From contig OZ024747.1 in the NCBI GenBank assembly GCA_964016885.1, forward strand, positions 32,550,001-32,614,000: 64,000 bases of DNA, written 5' to 3'. The notes under the pieces are model-generated. The model made no database searches and was not told the DNA's origin. It saw only the letters and a program-made list of their open reading frames with translations. Position numbers and translations under genes: made by a program. Of the stretch, positions 24,262 through 42,800 are shown one piece after another (the first letter of the stretch is position 1; each line of letters starts with the position of its first letter). Origin of the DNA: Eledone cirrhosa (Eukaryota).

Positions 24262-24678
24262 CATTATTATTATTATTATTGTTTTTATTATTATCATTGT
24301 TGTTGAGGTCAATATTATTATTATTACCTCGATCAAACATCATGTGTTGTATTCCTGTTTTCATTACCACAAACATCATCATCATTAGCATCATCATTCT
24401 TACATTTTGATTATCATCATTATTATCATCATTAGTATCAGTTCATTGCCACCACCACCACCATTGCCACCACCACTACCACCACCATTGCCCCTTAACC
24501 CCCCCCCAAATAAAAATCGCACCACTACCACCACCACCACCATCGCCCCACCACCACCACCACCAACCTTATAATTATTATTAATGTTATTAATTTGATT
24601 ATCAGCGTTCTCATCAGCATCTAAATTGTCAGGAATTCCCCCACTCTCTTACCCTAAATACAGTTATTGCTGCTGTTG

Positions 24679-24744
<66 letters not shown>

Positions 24745-24800
24745 ATACTATTGATGAGGATGATGCAACAATAATAATAATGACGATGATGATAACCCTA
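24262..24800. repeat. Cluster of trinucleotide microsatellites: (TTA)n, (CAT)n, (CAC)n, (CTA)n, (ATA)n, (GAT)n
   Basis: Direct reading; a pure (CTA)n run spans ~24678-24744. Confidence 0.9.
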
Positions 24801-24854
24801 TCATCAACATTATAAATGGAAACATATCAGCCTTGATAGTAACACCACTTCTGA

Positions 24855-27800
24855 CATTATCATCATTACCATCATTACCATCATTACCATCATTATCATC
24901 ATTACGAACATTATCATCATTACCATCATTATCATCATTACCAACATTATCATCATTACCAACATTACCATCATTATCAACATTACCAACATTATAATCA
25001 TTATCATCATTACCAACATTATCATCATTACCATCATTACCAACATTATCATCATAACCAACATTATCATCATTACCATCATTACCAATATTACCATCAT
25101 TATCATCATTACCACATTATCATCATTACCAACATTATCATCATAATCATCATTACCAACATTAACATCATTACCAACATTATCATCATTACCATCATTA
25201 CCAACATTATCATCATTACCAACATTACCAACATTAACATGATTACCAACATTATCATCATTATCATCATTACCATCATTACCAACATTATCATTATTAC
25301 CATCATTGCCATCATTATCAACATTATTATCATTACCAACATTATCATCAATATCATCATTATCAACATTATCATCATAACCAACATTATCATCATTACC
25401 AACATTACCAACATTATCATCATTATCATCATTACCAACATTATCATCATAACCAACATTATCATCATTACCATCATTACCAACATTATCATCATTATCA
25501 TCATTACCAACATTATCATCATAACCAACATTATCATCATTACCAACATTACCAACATTACCATCATTATAATCATTACCAACATTATCATCATTACGAA
25601 CATTATCATCATTACCATCATTATCATCATTACCAACATTACCATCATTAACAACATTACCAACATTATCATCATTACCAAGATTACCAACATTATCATC
25701 ATTACCAACATTACCAACATTATCATCATTACCAACATTATCATCATTACCATCATTATCATCATTACCATCATTATCATCATTACCAACATTATCATCA
25801 TTACCATCATTACCATCATTACCAACATTATCATCATTACCATCATTACCAACATTACCAACATTATCATCATTACCATCATTACCAACATTATCATCAA
25901 TATCATCATTACCAACATTATCATCATCACCAACATTACCATCATTACCATCATTACCATCATTACCAACATTATCATCATTAACAACATTACCAACATT
26001 ACCAACATTATCATCATCACCAACATTACCATCATTACCATCATTACCATCATTACCAATATTAACATCATTACCAACATTACCATCATTACCAACATTA
26101 CCATCATTACCTTCATTACCAATATTAACATCATTACCAACATTACCAACATTACCAACATTACCAACATTACCATCATTACCAACATTATCATCATCAC
26201 CAACATTACCATCATTACCATCATTACCATCATTACCAATATTAACATCATTACCAACATTACCATCATTACCAACATTACCAACATTACCAACATTACC
26301 AATATTATCATCATTACCAACATTACCAACATTACCAACATTATCATCATTACCAACATTACCATCATTACCAACATTACCAACATTACCAACATTACCA
26401 ATATTATCATCATTACCAACATTACCAACATTACCATCATTACCAACATTACAAACATTATCATCATTACCATCATTATCATCATTACCAACATTATCAT
26501 TATTACCAATATTACCATCATTACCAACATTATCATCATTACCATCAATATCATCATTACCAACATCACCATCATTACTAACATTACCAAGATTACCAAC
26601 ATTATCATCAATATCATCATTATCATCATTATCATCATTACCAACATTATCATCATAACCAACATTATCATCATTACCAATATTACCATCATTATCATCA
26701 TCATCAACATTATCATTATTACCAATATTATCATCGATACCAACATTATCATCATTACCATCATTATCATCGTTACAATCATTACCATCATTATCTTCAT
26801 TACCAATATTACCAACATTATCAACATTAACAACATTATCATCATTACCAAAATTACCATCTTTACCAACATTATCATCATTATCATCATTACTACATTA
26901 TCATCATTACCATCATTACCAACATTATCATCATTACCATCATTAACAACATTACCAACATTACCAACATTACCAACATTATCATCATTACCAACATTAC
27001 CAACATTAACAACATTACCAACATTACCAACATTACCAATATTACCAACATTACCAACATTACCAACATTACCAACATTACCAACATTACCAACATTACC
27101 AACATTACCATCATTACCAACATTACCAATATTACCAACATTACCAACATTACCAACATTATCATCATTACCAACATTACCATCATTACCAACATTACCA
27201 ACATTACCATCATTACCAACATTACCAACATTACCAACATTACCATCATTACCAACATTACCAACATTACCATCATTACCAACATTACCAACATTACCAA
27301 CATTACCAACATTACCATCATTACCAACATTACCAATATTACCAACATTACCAACATTACCAACATTATCATCATTACCAACATTATCATCATTACCATC
27401 ATTATCATCATTACCATCATTACCAACATTACCAATATTACCAACATTACCAACATTACCAACATTATCATCATTACCAACATTACCATCATTACCATCA
27501 TTACCAACATTACCAACATTACCAACATTACCAACATTACCATCATTACCAACATTACCAACATTACCAACATTACCAACATTACCAACATTACCAACAT
27601 TACCATCATTACCAACATTACCAACATTACCAATATTACCAACATTACCAATATTACCAACATTACCAATATTACCAACATTACCAACATTACCAACATT
27701 ACCAATATTACCAACATTACCAATATTACCAACATTACCAACATTACCAACATTACCAATATTACCAACATTACCAACATTACCAATATTACCAACATTA

Positions 27801-30800
27801 CCAACATTACCAACATTACCAACATTACCAACATTACCAATATTACCAACATTACCAATATTACCAACATTACCAATATTACCAACATTACCAACATTAC
27901 CAACATTACCAACATTACCAACATTACCAACATTACCAACATTACCAACATTACCAACATTACCAATATTACCAACATTACCAATATTACCAACATTACC
28001 AATATTACCAACATTACCAACATTACCAACATTACCAACATTACCAACATTACCAACATTACCATCATTACCAATATTACCAACATTACCAACATTACCA
28101 ACATTACCAACATTACCAACATTACCAACATTACCAACATTACCAACATTACCAATATTACCAACATTACCAACATTACCATCATTACCAACATTACCAA
28201 CATTACCAACATTACCAACATTACCAATATTACCAACATTACCAACATTACCATCATTACCAACATTACCAACATTACCAATATTACCAACATTACCAAT
28301 ATTACCAACATTACCAACATTACCATCATTACCAACATTACCAACATTACCAATATTACCAACATTACCAATATTACCAACATTACCAACATTACCATCA
28401 TTACCAACATTACCAACATTACCAATATTATCAACATTACCAACATTACCAACATTACCAACATTACCATCATTACCAACATTACCAACATTACCATCAT
28501 TACCAACATTACCAACATTACCAATATTACCAACATTACCAATATTACCAACATTACCAACATTACCATCATTACCAACATTACCAACATTACCAATATT
28601 ATCAACATTACCAACATTACCAACATTACCATCATTACCAACATTACCAACATTACCATCATTACCAACATCACCAACATTACCAACATTACCAACATTA
28701 CCATCATTACCAACATTACCAACATTACCATCATTACCAACATTACCAACATTACCAACATTACCATCATTACCAACATTACCAACATTACCAACATTAC
28801 CAACATTACCAACATTACCAATATTACCAACATTACCAACATTACCAACATTACCAACATTACCAACATTACCATCATTACCAATATTACCATCATTACC
28901 AACATTACCAACATTACCAACATTACCAACATTACCAACATTACCAACATTACCAACATTACCAACATTACCATCATTACCAACATTACCAACATTACCA
29001 ACATTACCAACATTACCAACATTACCAATATTACCAACATTACCAACATTACCAACATTACCATCATTACCAATATTACCATCATTACCAACATTACCAA
29101 TATTACCAACATTACCAACATTACCAACATTACCAACATTACCAACATTACCATCATTACCAACATTACCAACATTACCAACATTACCAACATTACCAAC
29201 ATTACCAACATTACCAACATTACCAACATTACCAATATTACCAACATTACCAACATTACCAATATTACCAACATTACCAACAATACCAACATTACCAACA
29301 TTACCAACATTACCAACATTACCAATATTACCAACATTACCAACATTACCAACATTACCAACATTACCAATATTACCAACATTACCAACATTACCAACAT
29401 TACCAATATTACCAACATTACCAACATTATCATCAATATCATCAATATAATGATTACCAACATCACCATCATTACCAACATTACCAACATTACCAACATT
29501 ACCAACATTATCATCAATATCATCATTATCATCATTACCAACATTATCATCATTACCAACATTACCAACATTACCAACATTACCAACATTATCAACATTA
29601 ACAACATTATCATCATTACCATCATTACCAACATTACCAACATTATCATCATTACCAATATTATCATCATTACCATCATTACCAACATTACCATCATTAC
29701 CAACATTACCAACATTACCAACATCATCATCATTACCATCATTACCAACATTACCATCATTACCAACATTACAAAAATTATCATCATTACCATCATTACC
29801 AACATTACCATCATTATCATCATTACCATCAATATCATTACCAACATCACCTTCATTACTAACATTACCAAGATTACCAACATTACCAACATTACCATCA
29901 TTATCATCATTACCACCATTATCATCATTACCAACATTATCATTATTACCATCATTATCATCGTTACAATCATTACCATCATTATCATCATTAGGACAAT
30001 ACCAACATTATCAACATTAACAACATTATCATCATTAACATCATTACTTCATTATCATCATTTTCATCACTACCAACATTACCATCATGACCAACATTAT
30101 CACCATTATCATAATTATCATCATTACCAACATTATCATCATTACCATAATTACTATTATTACCAACATTATCATCATTATCATCATAACCAACATTATC
30201 ATAATTACCAACGTTGTCATCATTACCATCATTACCATCATTACCACATTATCATCATTACCAACATTATCATCATTACCATCATTACCAACATTATCAT
30301 CATTACCAACATTATCATCATTACAGTCATTATCATCATTACCAACATTATCATCATAACCAACATTACCATCATGACCAACATTACCATCATCACCAAC
30401 ATTACCAACATTATCGTGATTATTAACATTACCTACAGTATCATTATCACCAACATTACCAACATTATCATCATTACTAACATTACCAACATTACCATCA
30501 TTACCAAATTACCAACATTACGATCATTACCAACATTACCAACATTATCATTATTACCATCATTAACAACATTATCATTATTACCATCATTATCTTCATT
30601 ACCAACATTGCCAACATTATCATCATGACCAACATTACCAACATTATCATCGTTACCATCATTACCATCATTATCATCATTACCAACATTATCATCATTA
30701 CCAACATTATCAACATTATCATCATTACCAACATTACCAACATTATCATTATTACCAACATTATCATCATTACCATCATTATCATCATTACCAACATTAT

Positions 30801-33800
30801 CATCATTACCATCATTATCATCATTACCAACATTATCAACATTATCATCATTACCATCATTATCATCATTACCAACATTATCATCATTATCATCATTACC
30901 AACATTACCAATATTATTATCATTACCAACATTACCAACATTATAATCATTACCATCATTATCAACATTATCAACATTACCATCGTTACCATCATTATCA
31001 TCATTACCAACATTATCAACATTACCACCATTACCAACATGACCATCATTACCAACATTACCAACATTACCAACATTACCAACATTACCAACATTATCAT
31101 CAATACCATCATTACCAACATTATCATCATTACCAATGTTACCAACATTACCAACATTACCAACATTACCATCATTACCAACATTACCATCAATACCAAC
31201 ATTACCATCATTATCATCATTACCAACATTATCATCATTACCAACATTACCAACATTACCAACATTACCAACATTATCAACATTAACAACATTATCATCA
31301 TTACCATCATTACCAACATTACCATCATTACCAACATTACAAAAATTATCATCATTACCTTCATTACCAACATTACCATCATTATCATCATTACCATCAA
31401 TATCATTACCAACATCACCTTCATTACTAACATTACCAAGATTACCAACATTACCAACATTACCATCATTATCATCATTACCACCATTATCATCATTACC
31501 AACATTATCATTATTACCATCATTATCATCGTTACAATCATTACCATCATTATCATCATTAGGACAATACCAACATTATCAACATTAACAACATTATCAT
31601 CATTAACATCATTACTTCATTATCATCATTTTCATCACTACCAACATTACCATCATGACCAACATTATCACCATTATCATAATTATCATCATTACCAACA
31701 TTATCATCATTACCATAATTACTATTATTACCAACATTATCATCATTATCATCATAACCAACATTATCATAATTACCAACGTTGTCATCATTACCATCAT
31801 TACCATCATTACCACATTATCATCATTACCAACATTATCATCATTACCATCATTACCAACATTATCATCATTACCAACATTATCATCATTACAGTCATTA
31901 TCATCATTACCAACATTATCATCATAACCAACATTACCATCATGACCAACATTACCATCATCACCAACATTACCAACATTATCGTGATTATTAACATTAC
32001 CTACAGTATCATTATCACCAACATTACCAACATTATCATCATTACTAACATTACCAACATTACCATCATTACCAACATTACCAACATTACGATCATTACC
32101 AACATTACCAACATTATCATTATTACCATCATTAACAACATTATCATTATTACCATCATTATCTTCATTACCAACATTGCCAACATTATCATCATGACCA
32201 ACATTACCAACATTATCATCGTTACCATCATTACCATCATTATCATCATTACCAACATTATCATCATTACCAACATTATCAACATTATCATCATTACCAA
32301 CATTACCAACATTATCATTATTACCAACATTATCATCATTACCATCATTATCATCATTACCAACATTATCATCATTACCATCATTATCATCATTACCAAC
32401 ATTATCAACATTATCATCATTACCATCATTATCATCATTACCAACATTATCAACATTATCATCATTATCATCATTACCAACATTACCAATATTATTATCA
32501 TTACCAACATTACCAACATTATAATCATTACCATCATTATCAACATTATCAACATTACCATCGTTACCATCATTATCATCATTACCAACATTATCAACAT
32601 TACCACCATTACCAACATGACCATCATTACCAACATTACCAACATTACCAACATTACCAACATTACCAACATTATCATCAATACCATCATTACCAACATT
32701 ATCATCATTACCAATGTTACCAACATTACCAACATTACCAACATTACCATCATTACCAACATTACCATCAATACCAACATTACCATCATTATCATCATTA
32801 CCAACATTATCATCATAACCAACATTATCATCATTACCATCATTACCAACCTTATCATCATTATCATCATTACCAACATTATCATCATAACCAACATTAT
32901 CATCATTACCAACATTACCAACATTACCATCATTATCATCATTACCAACATTATCATCATTACGAACATTATCATCATTACCATCATTACCATCATTACC
33001 AACATTACAATCATTAACAACATTACCAACATTATCATCATTACCAACATTACCAACATTATCATCATTACCAACATTACCAACATTACCAACATTACCA
33101 ACATTATCATCATCACCAACATTATCATCATTACCAACATTATCATCATTACCAACATTACCAACATTACCAACATTTCCATCATTACCAACATTACCAA
33201 CATTACCAACATTACCAACATTACCAACATTATCATCATCACCAACATTATCATCATTACCAACATTAGCAACATTATCATCATTACCAATATTACCATC
33301 ATTACCATCATTACCAACATTACCAACATTACCAACATTATCATCATTACAATCATTACCAACATTATCATCATTACCATCATTACCAACATTATCATCA
33401 TTACCATCATTACCAACATTACCAACATTACCAACATTATCATCATTACCAACATTACCAACATTACCATCATTACCATCATTACCAATATTAACATCAT
33501 TACCAACATTACCAACATTACCAACATTACCAACATTATCATCATTACCAACATTATCATCATTACCAACATTATCATCATTACCAACATTACCAATATT
33601 ATCATCATTACCAACATTACCATCATTACCAACATTACCAACATTACCAACATTACCATCATTACCAACATTACAAACATTATCATCATTACCATCATTA
33701 CCATCATTACCAACATTACCATCATTATCATCATTACCAACATTATCATTATTACCAATATTACCATCATTACCAACATTATCATCATTACCATCAATAT

Positions 33801-36800
33801 CATCATTACCAACATCACCATCATTACTAACATTACCAAGATTACCAACATTATCATCAATATCATCATTATCATCATTATCATCATTACCAACATTATC
33901 ATCGTTACAATCATTACCATCATTATCATCATTACCAATATTACCAACATTATCAACATTAACAACATTATCATCATTACCAAAATTACCATCTTTACCA
34001 ACATTATCATCATTATCATCATTACTACATTATCATCATTATCATCACTACCAACATTACCATCATGACCAACATTATCATCATTACCAACATTATCATC
34101 ATTACCATCATTAACAACATTACCAACATAACCAACATTACCAACATTATCATCATTAACAACATTACCAACATTACCAACATTACCAACATTATCAACA
34201 TTACCAACATTACCATCATTACCAACATTACCATCATTACCAACATTATCATCATTACCATCATTCTCATCATTACCAACATCATCATCATTAGCAACAT
34301 TACCAACATTACCATCATTACCAACATTACCAACATTATCATCATTACCAACATTATCATTATTACCAATATTACAATCATTACCAACATTATCATCATT
34401 ACCATCAATATAATGATTACCAACATCACCATCATTACCAACATTACCAACATTACCAACATTACCAACATTATCATCAATATCATCATTATCATCATTA
34501 CCAACATTATCATCATTACCAACATTACCAACATTACCAACATTACCAACATTATCAACATTAACAACATTATCATCATTACCATCATTACCAACATTAC
34601 CAACATTATCATCATTACCAATATTATCATCATTACCATCATTACCAACATTACCATCATTACCAACATTACCAACATTACCAACATCATCATCATTACC
34701 ATCATTACCAACATTACCATCATTACCAACATTACAAAAATTATCATCATTACCATTATTACCAACATTACCATCATTATCATCATTACCATCAATATCA
34801 TTACCAACATCACCTTCATTACTAACATTACCAAGATTACCAACATTACCAACATTACCATCATTATCATCATTACCAACATTATCATTATTACCATCAT
34901 TATCATCGTTACAATCATTACCATCATTATCATCATTAGAACAATACCAACATTATCAACATTAACAACATTATCATCATTAACATCATTACTTCATTAT
35001 CATCATTTTCATCACTACCAACATTACCATCATGACCAACATTATCACCATTATCATAATTATCATCATTACCAACATTATCATCATTACCATAATTACT
35101 ATTATTACCAACATTATCATCATTATCATCATAACCAACATTATCATAATTACCAACGTTGTCATCATTACCATCATTACCATCATTACCACATTATCAT
35201 CATTATCATCATTACAGTCATTATCATCATTACCAACATTATCATCATAACCAACATTACCATCATTACCATCATGACCAACATTACCATCATCACCAAC
35301 ATTACCAACATTATCGTGATTATTAACATTACCTACAGTATCATTATCACCAACATTACCAACATTATCATCATTACTAACATTACCAACATTACGATCA
35401 TTACCAACATTACCAACATTACGATCATTATCATCATTACCAACATTATCATCATTACCAACATTATCAACATTATCATCATTACCAACATTACCAACAT
35501 TATCATTATTACCATCATTAACAACATTATCATTATTACCATCATTATCTTCATTACCAACATTGCCAACATTATTATCATGACCAACATTACCAACATT
35601 ATCATCGTTACCATCATTACCATCATTATCATCATTACCAACATTATCATCATTACCAACATTATCAACATTATCATCATTACCAACATTACCAACATTA
35701 TCATTATTACCAACATTATCATCATTACCACCATTATCATCATTACCAACATTATCATCATTACCATCATTATCATCATTACCAACATTATCAACATTAT
35801 CATCATTACCATCATTATCATCATTACCAACATTATCAACATTATCATCATTATCATCATTACCAACATTACCAATATTATTATCATTACCAACATTACC
35901 AACATTATAATCATTACCATCATTATCAACATTATCAACATTACCATCGTTACCATCATTATCATCATTACCAACATTATCAACATTACCACCATTACCA
36001 ACATTACCATTATTACCAACATTACCAACATTACCAACATTACCAACATTACCAACATTACCAACATTACCAACATTATCATCATTACCATCATTACCAA
36101 CATTATCATCATTACCAATGTTACCAACATTACCAACATTACCAACATTACCATCATTACCAACATTACCATCATTACCAACATTATCATCATAACCAAC
36201 ATCATCATCATTACCATCATTACCAACATTATCATCATTATCATCATTACCAACATTATCATCATAACCAACATTATCATCATTACCAACATTACCAACA
36301 TTACCATCATTATCATCATTACCAACATTATCATCATTACGAACATTATCATCATTACCATCATTATCATCATTACCAACATTACAATCATTAACAACAT
36401 TACCAACATTATCATCATTACCAACATTACAAACATTATCATCATTACCAACATTACCAACATTACCAACATTACCAACATTATCATCATTACCAACATT
36501 ATCAACATTACCAACATTATCATCATTACCAACATTACCAACATTACCAACATTTCCATCATTACCAACATTACCAACATTACCAACATTACCAACATTA
36601 CCAACATTATCATCATCACCAACATTATCATCATTACCAACATTACCAACATTATCATCATTACCAACATTACCAACATTACCAACATTTCCATCATTAC
36701 CAACATTACCATCATTACCAACATTACCAACATTACCAACATTATCATCATTACAGTCATTATCATCATTACCAACATTATCATCATAACCAACATTACC

Positions 36801-39800
36801 ATCATGACCAACATTACCATCATCACCAACATTACCAACATTATCGTGATTATTAACACTACCTACAGTATCATTATCACCAACATTACCAACATTATCA
36901 TCATTACTAACATTACCAACATTACCATCATTACCAAATTACCAACATTACGATCATTACCAACATTACCAACATTATCATTATTACCATCATTAACAAC
37001 ATTATCATTATTACCATCATTATCTTCATTACCAACATTGCCAACATTATCATCATGACCAACATTACCAACATTATCATCGTTACCATCATTACCATCA
37101 TTATCATCATTACCAACATTATCACCATTACCAACATTATCAACATTATCATCATTACCAACATTACCAACATTATCATTATTACCAACATTATCATCAT
37201 TACCATCATTTTCATCATTACCAACATTATCATCATTACCATCATTATCATCATTACCAACATTATCAACATTATCATCATTACCATCATTATCATCATT
37301 ACCAACATTATCAACATTATCATCATTATCATCATTACCAACATTACCAATATTATTATCATTACCAACATTACCAACATTATAATCATTACCATCATTA
37401 TCAACATTATCAACATTACCATCGTTACCATCATTATCATCATTACCAACATTATCAACATTACCACCATTACCAACATGACCATCATTACCAACGTTAC
37501 CAACATTACCAACATTACCAACATTACCAACATTATCATCAATACCATCATTACCAACATTATCATCATTACCAATGTTACCAACATTACCAACATTACC
37601 AACATTACCATCATTACCAACATTACCATCAATACCAACATTACCATCATTATCATCATTACCAACATTATCATCATTACCAACATTACCAACATTACCA
37701 ACATTACCAACATTATCAACATTAACAACATTATCATCATTACCATCATTACCAACATTACCATCATTACCAACATTACAAAAATTATCATCATTACCAT
37801 CATTACCAACATTACCATCATTATCATCATTACCATCAATATCATTACCAACATCACCTTCATTACTAACATTACCAAGATTACCAACATTACCAACATT
37901 ACCATCATTATCATCATTACCACCATTATCATCATTACCAACATTATCATTATTACCATCATTATCATCGTTACAATCATTACCATCATTATCATCATTA
38001 GGACAATACCAACATTATCAACATTAACAACATTATCATCATTAACATCATTACTTCATTATCATCATTTTCATCACTACCAACATTACCATCATGACCA
38101 ACATTATCACCATTATCATAATTATCATCATTACCAACATTATCATCATTACCATAATTACTATTATTACCAACATTATCATCATTATCATCATAACCAA
38201 CATTATCATAATTACCAACGTTGTCATCATTACCATCATTACCATCATTACCACATTATCATCATTACCAACATTATCATCATTACCATCATTACCAACA
38301 TTATCATCATTACCAACATTATCATCATTACAGTCATTATCATCATTACCAACATTATCATCATAACCAACATTACCATCATGACCAACATTACCATCAT
38401 CACCAACATTACCAACATTATCGTGATTATTAACATTACCTACAGTATCATTATCACCAACATTACCAACATTACGATCATTACCAACATTACCAACATT
38501 ATCATTATTACCATCATTAACAACATTATCATTATTACCATCATTATCTTCATTACCAACATTGCCAACATTATCATCATGACCAACATTACCAACATTA
38601 TCATCGTTACCATCATTACCATCATTATCATCATTACCAACATTATCATCATTACCAACATTATCAACATTATCATCATTACCAACATTACCAACATTAT
38701 CATTATTACCAACATTATCATCATTACCATCATTATCATCATTACCAACATTATCATCATTACCATCATTATCATCATTACCAACATTATCAACATTATC
38801 ATCATTACCATCATTATCATCATTACCAACATTATCAACATTATCATCATTATCATCATTACCAACATTACCAATATTATTATCATTACCAACATTACCA
38901 ACATTATAATCATTACCATCATTATCAACATTATCAACATTACCATCGTTACCATCATTATCATCATTACCAACATTATCAACATTACCACCATTACCAA
39001 CATGACCATCATTACCAACATTACCAACATTACCAACATTACCAACATTACCAACATTATCATCAATACCATCATTACCAACATTATCATCATTACCAAT
39101 GTTACCAACATTACCAACATTACCAACATTACCATCATTACCAACATTACCATCAATACCAACATTACCATCATTATCATCATTACCAACATTATCATCA
39201 TAACCAACATTATCATCATTACCATCATTACCAACATTATCATCATGATCATCATTACCAACATTATCATCATAACCAACATTATCATCATTACCAACAT
39301 TACCAACATTACCATCATTATCATCATTACCAACATTATCATCATTACGAACATTATCATCATTACCATCATTACCATCATTACCAACATTACAATCATT
39401 AACAACATTACCAACATTATCATCATTACCAACATTACCAACATTATCATCATTACCAACATTACCAACATTACCAACATTACCAACATTATCATCATCA
39501 CCAACATTATCATCATAACCAACATTATCATCATTACCAACATTACCAACATTTCCATCATTACCAACATTACCAACATTACCAACATTACCAACATTAC
39601 CAACATTATCATCATCACCAACATTATCATCATTACCAACATTACCAACATTATCATCATTACCAATATTACCATCATTACCATCATTACCAACATTACC
39701 AACATTACCAACATTATCATCATTACCAACATTATCATCATTACAATCATTACCAACATTATCATCATTACCATCATTACCAACATTATCATCATTACCA

Positions 39801-42800
39801 TCATTACCAACATTACCAACATTACCAACATTACCAACATTATCATCATTACCAACATTACCAACATTACCATCATTACCATCATTACCAATATTAACAT
39901 CATTACCAACATTACCAACACTACCAACATTACCAACATTATCATCATTACCAACATTATCATCATTACCAACATTATCATCATTACCAACATTACCAAT
40001 ATTATCATCATTACCAACATTACCATCATTACCAACATTACCAACATTACCAACATTACCATCATTACCAACATTACAAACATTATCATCATTACCATCA
40101 TTACCATCATTACCAACATTACCATCATTACCAACATTATCATCATAACCAACATCATCATCATTACCATCATTACCAACATTATCATCATTATCATCAT
40201 TACCAACATTATCATTATTACCAATATTACCATCATTACCAACATTATCATCATTACCATCAATATCATCATTACCAACATCACCATCATTACTAACATT
40301 ACCAAGATTACCAACATTATCATCAATATCATCATTATCATCATTATCATCATTACCAACATTATCATCGTTACAATCATTACCATCATTATCATCATTA
40401 CCAATATTACCAACATTATCAACATTAACAACATTATCATCATTACCAAAATTACCATCTTTACCAACATTATCATCATTATCATCATTACTACATTATC
40501 ATCATTATCATCACTACCAACATTACCATCATGACCAACATTATCATCATTACCAACATTATCATCATTACCATCATTAACAACATTACCAACATAACCA
40601 ACATTACCAACATTATCATCATTAACAACATTACCAACATTACCAACATTACCAACATTACCAACTTTACCAACATTACCAATATTACCAACATTACCAA
40701 CATTACCAACATTATCAACATTACCAACATTACCATCATTACCAACATTACCATCATTACCAACATTATCATCATTACCATCATTATCATCATTACCAAC
40801 ATTATCAACATTATCATCATTATCATCATTACCAACATTACCAATATTATTATCATTACCAACATTACCAACATTATAATCATTACCATCATTATCAACA
40901 TTATCAACATTACCATCGTTACCATCATTATCATCATTACCAACATTATCAACATTACCACCATTACCAACATTACCATTATTACCAACATTACCAACAT
41001 TACCAACATTACCAACATTACCAACATTATCATCATTACCATCATTACCAACATTATCATCATTACCAATGTTACCAACATTACCAACATTACCAACATT
41101 ACCATCATTACCAACATTACCATCATTACCAACATTACCATCATTATCATCATTACCAACATTATCATCATAACCAACATCATCATCATTACCATCATTA
41201 CCAACATTATCATCATTATCATCATTACCAACATTATCATCATAACCAACATTATCATCATTACCAACATTACCAACATTACCATCATTATCATCATTAC
41301 CAACATTATCATCATTACGAACATTATCATCATTACCATCATTATCATCATTACCAACATTACAATCATTAACAACATTACCAACATTATCATCATTACC
41401 AACATTACCAACATTATCATCATTACCAACATTACCAACATTACCAACATTACCAACATTATCATCATCACCAACATTATCATCATTACCAACATTATCA
41501 TCATTACCAACATTACCAATATTACCAACATTTCCATCATTACCAACATTACCAACATTACCAACATTACCAACATTACCAACATTATCATCATCACCAA
41601 CATTATCATCATTACCAACATTACCAACATTATCATCATTACCAACATTACCAACATTTCCATCATTACCAACATTACCAACATTACCAACATTATCATC
41701 ATTACCAACATTATCATCATTACAATCATTACCAACATTATCATCATTACCATCATTACCAACATTATCATCATTACCATCATTACCAACATTACCAACA
41801 TTACCAACATTACCAACATTATCATCATTACCAACATTACCAACATTACCATCATTACCATCATTACCAACATTACCAACATTACCATCATTACCAACAT
41901 TATCATTATTACCAACATTATCATCATTACCAACATTACCAACATTACCATCATTATCATCATTACCAACATTATCATCATTACCAACATTACCAACATT
42001 ACCATCATTACCAACATTACAAACATTATCATCATTACCATCATTATCATCATTACCAACATTATCATTATTACCAATATTACCATCATTACCAACATTA
42101 CCATCATTATCATCATTACCAACATTATCATCATTACCAACATTACCAACATTACCATCATTACCAACATTACAAACATTATCATCATTACCCTCATTAT
42201 CATCATTACCAACATTATCATTATTACCAATATTACCATCATTACCAACATTACCATCATTATCATCATTACCAACATTATCATTATTACTAATATTACC
42301 AACATTACCAACATTATCATCATTACCATCAATATCATCATTACCAACATCACCATCATTACTAACATTACCAAGATTACCAACATTATCATCAATATCA
42401 TCATTATCATCATTATCATCATTATCATCATTACCAACATTATCATCATAACCAACATTATCATCATTACCAATATTACCATCATTATCATCATCATCAA
42501 CATTATCATTATTACCAATATTATCATCATTACCATCATTATAATCGTTACAATCATTACCATCATTATCATCATTACCAATATTACCAACATTATCAAC
42601 ATTAACAACATTATCATCATTACCAAAATTACCATCTTTACCAACATTATCATCATTATCATCATTACTACATTATCATCATTATCATCACTACCAACAT
42701 TACCATCATGACCAACATTATCATCATTACCAACATTATCATCATTACCATCATTACCAACATTATCATCATTACCAACATTACCAACATTACCAACATT

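Noticed and set aside
24488-24660. Telomeric repeat seeds (cccttaaccc, ttaccctaa), or the satellite as a telomere repeat
   Set aside because: Only isolated imperfect hexamers are present, with no (TTAGGG)n tract. The array's higher-order duplications are unlike telomerase products.
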